Program-made: the position numbers and the translations under genes
The notes under the pieces: model-generated
Database searches by the model: none
What the model was told of the DNA's origin: nothing
The model's input: the letters and a program-made list of their open reading frames with translations, nothing else
Shown here: positions 58,414-64,000 of the stretch, piece after piece
Numbering within the stretch: the first letter of the stretch is position 1
Layout of the letters: each line of letters starts with the position of its first letter
From: a virus
Lineage: Duplodnaviria > Caudoviricetes
Strand: one strand, 5' to 3'
IMG/VR virus record: IMGVR_UViG_3300048881_000698
Coordinates: 121,279-185,278 of that record
Length of the DNA: 64,000 bases

Positions 58414-60042
58414 TTATTGTTTTGCAAAAGCTTTTTTTAGCTTATTGAATTTTTCTTCAAATATTTGTTCTTGATAAGACTTGGCAGATTCTATTCTTTC
58501 TGCTATTGGCGGCTTTGGTGGTTCCGGCTCAAAATCTTCTATGTCATCCAGATCACCAAGATCCTTTTCCGCAGGTTTCAGCCCGGGGATCGGCGGGGTT
58601 GGTTCAGGTATATCCCGCGGCAGATCTGCGACTTCCGGAACGTCTAGTTCGGCTAATAGAATTTTATTAATCATATCTTTGATCGCGGATTCCTGCTGAG
58701 GTTGCTCCGGAAGCAACTCGTGACACTGTTTAAGCCCATGTTTTTTAAGATATTTCGACTGGCCGAGGCCAGACATGCTCGAGCAATTGCTGTAAGCTTG
58801 TTGTTGTCGCCTCAGCACTTCTTTCGGCGACAATTTAGACCGTTTCTGCTTTAACTTCTTCCGCGCTCCGATTTCATCGGCAGTTTGATCCACCGTCTCC
58901 GCGTTTGATATTACAGCGGACGGGTCTGCATCTGCAGAGCAAGGGACAGGGCCATGGCCATAATCACATTCGGCTTTATTCCCACGTATACCTTTCTTTT
59001 TAAGCGCTTCCACCGGACTTGAATAATCTATCCCAAGAGCCCACAGCGCTAGAGGCTCGAGCAACTTTCGACGGATCGGTCCACCCCTAGGTATATTCGG
59101 AATACACTTCCCCTTATTTGGGCCGTCCTGATATTCCACACACGAATTCCAATCGAAGACAACATAGCCCACGCCGAAAGCCGCCATGGAGGCCTTCACC
59201 GCCGATGAGAAGCGCGCACCCGGATCTTTTATATCCCCCACCGCTTTTGTGATTGCCGCTATTGTTTGCTCGCCGGCTTCTATCTGAACGGCCAATGATT
59301 CACCGCTCTTCACTGCTCCTTGTCGCGCCGCATCGATTGTTGAATCGACCACTTGTTTTTCAGCAGTTCCCGCGACATCAGATTGAAGCTTTGGCTTTGG
59401 CCGGCCCCGCAAATTGGAAAACTCCGGAAAAAGCCTCTGTGCCTCTGCAGAATCCATAATTCTGGTTACCTCTCTCATAGCATGAGCAAGTTCGTTTTCC
59501 TCTACGTACATCCGTAATTCGGATGGAACTTCCACTCCCATGTCATCAACTTCAGTCGAATAATGTTTTATAAATCTCATAAATCTAGGATTGTTCATAT
59601 GATCGGAAAACTCCGCCGCGGCCATAGTTTCGTTCGCAGCAAGCTTCTCCCCAATATCATCCGCTGTTTGTTTTCTCACCACCGGTAGATTTGGAAAACC
59701 TTTGTGAGGGCCCGGTTCCGAAACTGGCAGCTCTTCACCAGTCCATCGTCGCTGATTTGGATCGATCCAGGCCGGATCTGCCTTTTCTGGTGCGTACCCA
59801 GTTCCTCCATGTTGCCCATGTGGACCCGGCGCATCTGGATGCCGCGGAGGAGGCTTCGGGAGATCTACACCAGGGAGATCCCCACCACCGCGTTTCCTAA
59901 TCCACCAATCCCGGAACTCTTTTCCGGCGGTTCCAAGTGTATCCATAAACCAGCCTTCGTCAAGCAACTGTTGGAAACGTTTGTCGCGCGCTAGCTCCTC
60001 AACAATTATAGTTTTCAATTCTTGTTTATTTATTTTCAACAT
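58414..60042 (-). CDS. Putative internal head protein with related leader
   Basis: MLKINKQELKTIIVEEL...LLDE; internal IKDMINKILLAE. Confidence 0.7.
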   Translation of the reverse strand: MLKINKQELKTIIVEELARDKRFQQLLDEGWFMDTLGTAGKEFRDWWIRKRGGGDLPGVDLPKPPPRHPDAPGPHGQHGGTGYAPEKADPAWIDPNQRRWTGEELPVSEPGPHKGFPNLPVVRKQTADDIGEKLAANETMAAAEFSDHMNNPRFMRFIKHYSTEVDDMGVEVPSELRMYVEENELAHAMREVTRIMDSAEAQRLFPEFSNLRGRPKPKLQSDVAGTAEKQVVDSTIDAARQGAVKSGESLAVQIEAGEQTIAAITKAVGDIKDPGARFSSAVKASMAAFGVGYVVFDWNSCVEYQDGPNKGKCIPNIPRGGPIRRKLLEPLALWALGIDYSSPVEALKKKGIRGNKAECDYGHGPVPCSADADPSAVISNAETVDQTADEIGARKKLKQKRSKLSPKEVLRRQQQAYSNCSSMSGLGQSKYLKKHGLKQCHELLPEQPQQESAIKDMINKILLAELDVPEVADLPRDIPEPTPPIPGLKPAEKDLGDLDDIEDFEPEPPKPPIAERIESAKSYQEQIFEEKFNKLKKAFAKQ

Positions 60043-62200
60043 TAACTTGTCCTCGATTTTGTTTTATTTGTTCAAACGCTGCAGCATGATTGTCCGCGGA
60101 ATCTAAAATTTTGATTTCCTGCGGTGTCAATTGATAGGTATCGATCCTTTTTTGACGCGCAACTTCTCGTTCTTGTCTTCTTAATTCCCTCACGCGACTA
60201 GAATCTCCGCCATAAGCTTTGTCCAACGGCAAACGAGGATAATGCTGAGATCCATGTTGTTTTTCTTGGCGCCTACGGTCACGCATCAGCGCTGCCTCTA
60301 GACTCTGAGCCTCTCCCCAATCAGTCGTTGGATCTTTTGCAATTTGCCCGCCGGCGGCAATGGGATCTTTGACTGACTTCCATGGCCATCGAATCGGGGC
60401 ATTCTCTGCTGCCCAGTCAGCGGCCTTGCCTATACCATAACCCGCCATAGCGGCGACGGCGGGAACAGGAGCCGCTAGCGCTGCACCACCCAATGCGAGC
60501 CACTCAGCGGCGGGCAGCCATGCTGTTTTTAAAAGATTTTTTGGGTGCCCTTTATGTCCGAAAATGCCACTACTAATTGGACGTGCCCATGGGCTGTTAT
60601 ATGCGTCAGTGGTAACTTCGATATCTTTAAGATCTTCCAGATATTGCTTTAACATCCGCGAAGTTTCCTCCGGGTTCGATCCCTTAATCCATCGGCCAGG
60701 ATCGCGCCCCCATGGTCCCTTTTCGTGGTCTAATGTACGTTGATCAGTATAAGCTGATGCAGGAAGTTTTTCTGGCCCCCAATAAGTCGGTTCTACATGA
60801 TAATGTTCGTACTCAGAAGCTACACTTGCTTTTTGATCTCTAAGCCATTGAGCTTCTCGGTCGGCCTGGGTTGGGACATATGCATAGGGCATTTTCTTCC
60901 CCGTCGACGGATCTATAACAGGTTCATATGTTTCCGGATCTCTAATATACAGAGGTTCTCCGGGGCGAGAAAATGCTTTAGAAAGAACGTCTTTTGCATA
61001 TAGTTTGCCGGCTTTATGCCTGTAATGTGATCCGTCGGGCGCCAGGCCAAAGTTGCCTTTTAATTTCGCGAACTCTGGATTATCGTCAATCGTATTATCC
61101 ATATTATGAAATCTGATGCCAAGCTCCCTAGCTGTTTCTTTGTATGCTCCATTAATGAGTCCGCGCCCAACCGGGTTTGGAGTCCTCCCGGCCTCTTTCT
61201 TTTTGCTTGGCGGCAATCCAAAGAATTCTATTGGCGCGCCTAGGCTCTGCAGATTTTTCATGAAAGGTATAATTCTCTCTTGTCTAAAATGCTCATATAC
61301 GGGAATGAGTCTTTTGATGCGCGCCGCATCAGTTTCACCTGGTCTTGCTTTCTTTTGCCCCTTCCAGTTACGAATAAAGCCCGCGAACTTCCTTTGGTCG
61401 GGGCTTTCATTTCCACCAAAAGAGACAATAATCTTATCATATTTGTGACGATAAAGCTTTTCGCGATCTCCTTCCGAATCCCAACCCCTTCTCTTAGTCA
61501 TCTTACCGGTATATTTTTTACCACCAAATACGTTGTCGTTCCAATACCAACTCCGGCTTGATGTTTGAGCCGCCCTTACAACTGTCGCGCCTCTTGCGCG
61601 AAGCATCTTCTCTAGGTTTTTACCTATAGGTCCTTTCATATGGGAGTCACCAACAAGTAATATTTTTTGTCCTTCTAAATCTCGAACTTGAGCGTTTCCA
61701 CCAACTTTGGCAGTTACTTCGTTAAGCATTGTTCGAAGGCCTTTTTTAAGTGTTTTTCTTATTTTTCTTTCTTGTAATTGCGTGACTTTTTGTTTGAACA
61801 TATCTTCCCAATCTCTAAAAATCAAATTTCCAAGTTTATATGCTTCTTCTTCCATACCTCTCAAGTGACCGTCTTTTTGAGCATAACCTAAACTAGTATC
61901 CCCAATTGAGTCGAACTCCCCTCTGCAATTTTGAGCGTGGTGAACCAGTTCGTGTGAGAGGGATCTAAGAACATCTTTTGGATGCCGACCATCTGTGAAT
62001 AATGTTACTGACATTCCATCTGGATCGTATTGGGCCGTTTTGCCAAGTATATTTTGTGCATTTTCTGAATCTGATTGAAAAATAATGTCCACTGGTTGAT
62101 CGAAACCCAGTTGTTGTTCGGCGTAAGGAAAGAAGGTACCGGCCATTTTTTTCAGACCAGTTAAGCTGTCGACAGACTGATTTATAATATTGCAAGGCAT
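60026..62200 (-). CDS. HExxH metallopeptidase-like domain + SGNH/GDSL hydrolase + hydrophobic C-terminal region
   Basis: LSHELVHHAQ...EEEAY; linker LQERKIRKTLKKGLRTMLNE; LLVGDSH, SFGGNE, DGSHY. Confidence 0.8.
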   Translation of the reverse strand: MPCNIINQSVDSLTGLKKMAGTFFPYAEQQLGFDQPVDIIFQSDSENAQNILGKTAQYDPDGMSVTLFTDGRHPKDVLRSLSHELVHHAQNCRGEFDSIGDTSLGYAQKDGHLRGMEEEAYKLGNLIFRDWEDMFKQKVTQLQERKIRKTLKKGLRTMLNEVTAKVGGNAQVRDLEGQKILLVGDSHMKGPIGKNLEKMLRARGATVVRAAQTSSRSWYWNDNVFGGKKYTGKMTKRRGWDSEGDREKLYRHKYDKIIVSFGGNESPDQRKFAGFIRNWKGQKKARPGETDAARIKRLIPVYEHFRQERIIPFMKNLQSLGAPIEFFGLPPSKKKEAGRTPNPVGRGLINGAYKETARELGIRFHNMDNTIDDNPEFAKLKGNFGLAPDGSHYRHKAGKLYAKDVLSKAFSRPGEPLYIRDPETYEPVIDPSTGKKMPYAYVPTQADREAQWLRDQKASVASEYEHYHVEPTYWGPEKLPASAYTDQRTLDHEKGPWGRDPGRWIKGSNPEETSRMLKQYLEDLKDIEVTTDAYNSPWARPISSGIFGHKGHPKNLLKTAWLPAAEWLALGGAALAAPVPAVAAMAGYGIGKAADWAAENAPIRWPWKSVKDPIAAGGQIAKDPTTDWGEAQSLEAALMRDRRRQEKQHGSQHYPRLPLDKAYGGDSSRVRELRRQEREVARQKRIDTYQLTPQEIKILDSADNHAAAFEQIKQNRGQVNVENK

Positions 62201-62207
62201 AACTATC

Positions 62208-62217
62208 TTAAATAGTT
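62208..62217 (-). promoter_or_regulatory. Candidate late-promoter motif AACTATTTAA
   Basis: 7 nt upstream of the ATG heading the head-protein cluster; no clear Shine-Dalgarno. Confidence 0.45.
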
Positions 62218-62242
62218 ACCAAAGTAGGATAAGTCTTTTAAA

Positions 62243-62271
62243 ATATTGCCATGTCTTTTTTAAATTATCAA
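62243..62271 (-). promoter_or_regulatory. Possible sigma70 promoter TTGATA-N17-(TGn)CAATAT
   Basis: 17 nt spacing with an extended -10 TG, but in AT-rich DNA. Confidence 0.35.
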
Positions 62272-62273
62272 AA

Positions 62274-64000
62274 TTATTCACAAACAGTGTTGTCTAAAAT
62301 CTGCATCAAGTTGTTAAATATTTCTTCTGGATTACTTGTCAGCTCGAACCACTGGCCATTTCCGACTTGGCAGAGGTTCTCCCAACCTACGTATGTACCA
62401 TCCCAATGAGCAGCATTAGCAGTAGACGTTGGGCTAAAAACGAACACGCTCAAATCTTTTACGCCGCCTTCAAGTTTAAGCAAAATATCATTTGTTATTT
62501 GAGGGTTCATATAACTCTGCGCAGTTTCATCTGTAAAAATAACAACAACTTTGTTAGTCTCTTTTGGAAGACCTCTCCAGCTTAATTTGAATTTGGGTAT
62601 GACTGGATCGGAATAGATTATTGTCCCATACATTGACGTCCAAGATATCTCGTCGTCGCCGTATTCAACTGAACTTGGATTAGCAATATTAGTAAGAGAA
62701 AGATACAACGCATCATATAACATTTCTCGAGATCCGTCGACTTGACTAAAATCAGTCGAAGTCAGCGCTGTTAAAAATGCGCTAAAAGCAGAAAAATTAT
62801 GTTTAATTTTTAAGGCTTCAGCTACATATGAAGTTCCATTTTCAGCAATAAGTTGTTCCCACATGGGACCATAAATCAATCCCCATTTGATTACATCTTC
62901 ATCGCTGTAATATAATGCAAACATATTTAATGCGCTAACGATAGCGTCAATCTCATCGTTCATAGAACCGGAGGTGTCTAATATGAATAATATATCTGTA
63001 TCGTTCATATCATCTTCAAGTTCGCCATCACAATTATCATCCAATCCATTACAAAGTTCTTCTGGTAATGGTAAAACTTCGTTCATACACAGATCGTCGA
63101 TAAAAATTTCTTCAATGAAGTTGCCCCATTTTCCTGCACTACACATTAAATTACCAGCCTTGCATATACCAATATTTAATGTTTCCGGAGGGCCGGTATA
63201 ACATGCTTTAAATAAGTCTTCATCAATTTCCCCGTCACAATCATCATCATGATTATTGCATATTTCTGATATTATAATTCCTTTTTGTTCATCACAAATA
63301 ATATCTGGAGGAGGAGGAAAATAATAACAAGTAGCTTTGCATTGTGTCATCCCAAATTCAGCACACATTTGACCTTCTGGCGGCGCAACTGCGCATTCAC
63401 AAGTTTTATATCCTTGTCCACAAATTAACGGATCTTCCATGCAAGGTACCAATATACCAACATCTGCGGCACTACAAAAACAATCTAAACCTTCATCTAT
63501 GCTTCCATCACAATCATCATCTTCGGAATTGCACCATTCCTCAATTGGTTGTTGTGCTGTGCAGCTTGACCACATCCCGCTAAGGCATATTTCGTAACCT
63601 TTTTCGCAAACTGTCTCGCACTCTTGAAGTAAATCTTCATCCATTAGTCCATTACAATCATTATCAATTCCATCACACACCTCTTCCGGGATCGATCCAC
63701 ATTTATCACATGCGTTTCTTTGGTGTTCGTCAACTTCATTATCGCAATCATCATCCAGATAATTACAGATTTCTTCTTCTGGTTCTTCCGCTGTACAGAT
63801 TATCTCACCTTCAATACAATATGCTGGTGCAGTTTCGCAGACTGTTGTACATTCATACGCCCCTTCATCGATGTTGCCATCGCAATCGTTGTCTTCTAGA
63901 TCACAAATTTCGCTATCATCACATTTTTTACAATCTGTTAGATCGACTTTTCCTTTATCACAAATAACATACTGTTGCCCGGGAAATTCGTCTTCTGTTT
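62274..64000 (-). CDS. Cys/Asp-rich repeat (C-D/N-G-x-D-N/D-D-C-D/N-G-x-x-D-E) protein with C-terminal vWA domain; 5' end lies beyond the window
   Basis: At least 6 repeats such as CDGIDNDCNGLMDE and CNNHDDDCDGEIDE; MIDAS motif DTSGSM and VIFTDE; the frame stays open from 63680 to the window end. Confidence 0.85.
   Translation of the reverse strand, partial: TEDEFPGQQYVICDKGKVDLTDCKKCDDSEICDLEDNDCDGNIDEGAYECTTVCETAPAYCIEGEIICTAEEPEEEICNYLDDDCDNEVDEHQRNACDKCGSIPEEVCDGIDNDCNGLMDEDLLQECETVCEKGYEICLSGMWSSCTAQQPIEEWCNSEDDDCDGSIDEGLDCFCSAADVGILVPCMEDPLICGQGYKTCECAVAPPEGQMCAEFGMTQCKATCYYFPPPPDIICDEQKGIIISEICNNHDDDCDGEIDEDLFKACYTGPPETLNIGICKAGNLMCSAGKWGNFIEEIFIDDLCMNEVLPLPEELCNGLDDNCDGELEDDMNDTDILFILDTSGSMNDEIDAIVSALNMFALYYSDEDVIKWGLIYGPMWEQLIAENGTSYVAEALKIKHNFSAFSAFLTALTSTDFSQVDGSREMLYDALYLSLTNIANPSSVEYGDDEISWTSMYGTIIYSDPVIPKFKLSWRGLPKETNKVVVIFTDETAQSYMNPQITNDILLKLEGGVKDLSVFVFSPTSTANAAHWDGTYVGWENLCQVGNGQWFELTSNPEEIFNNLMQILDNTVCE

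Overview
This window is a segment of a large lytic myovirus-type (jumbo/huge) phage genome. It uses the standard genetic code, and almost every real gene is on the minus strand. From the right end it contains: (i) a truncated Cys-repeat/vWA surface protein; (ii) a ~11 kb cluster of probable head-packaged proteins that share an N-terminal 'MKLTKxxLxxIIKEE' leader and L-x-E motifs at domain boundaries, with ligase-like, HIGH-nucleotidyltransferase, muramidase-like, HExxH and SGNH domains; (iii) a sigma70-promoter-driven RNA cluster (an unexplained structured element, tmRNA, tRNA-Ala(GGC)) followed by a tubulin/FtsZ-family GTPase, ClpP, a trypsin-like protease, PIN-PhoH and a PD-(D/E)XK nuclease; (iv) a ~19 kb glycan locus (GT2/GT4 enzymes, methyltransferases, NeuA/NeuB, transaldolase, Ugd, epimerase); (v) a phage sigma factor; (vi) baseplate/tail genes (gp5-like pair, a 2775 aa protein, gp25-like, gp6/J-like wedge, and a >2100 aa LamG protein that the ORF track missed because it runs off the left edge). 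A ~130-140 aa module is inserted four times into two structural genes; three copies are near-identical and mosaic at the DNA level. All calls come from manual motif reading; no database searches were run.
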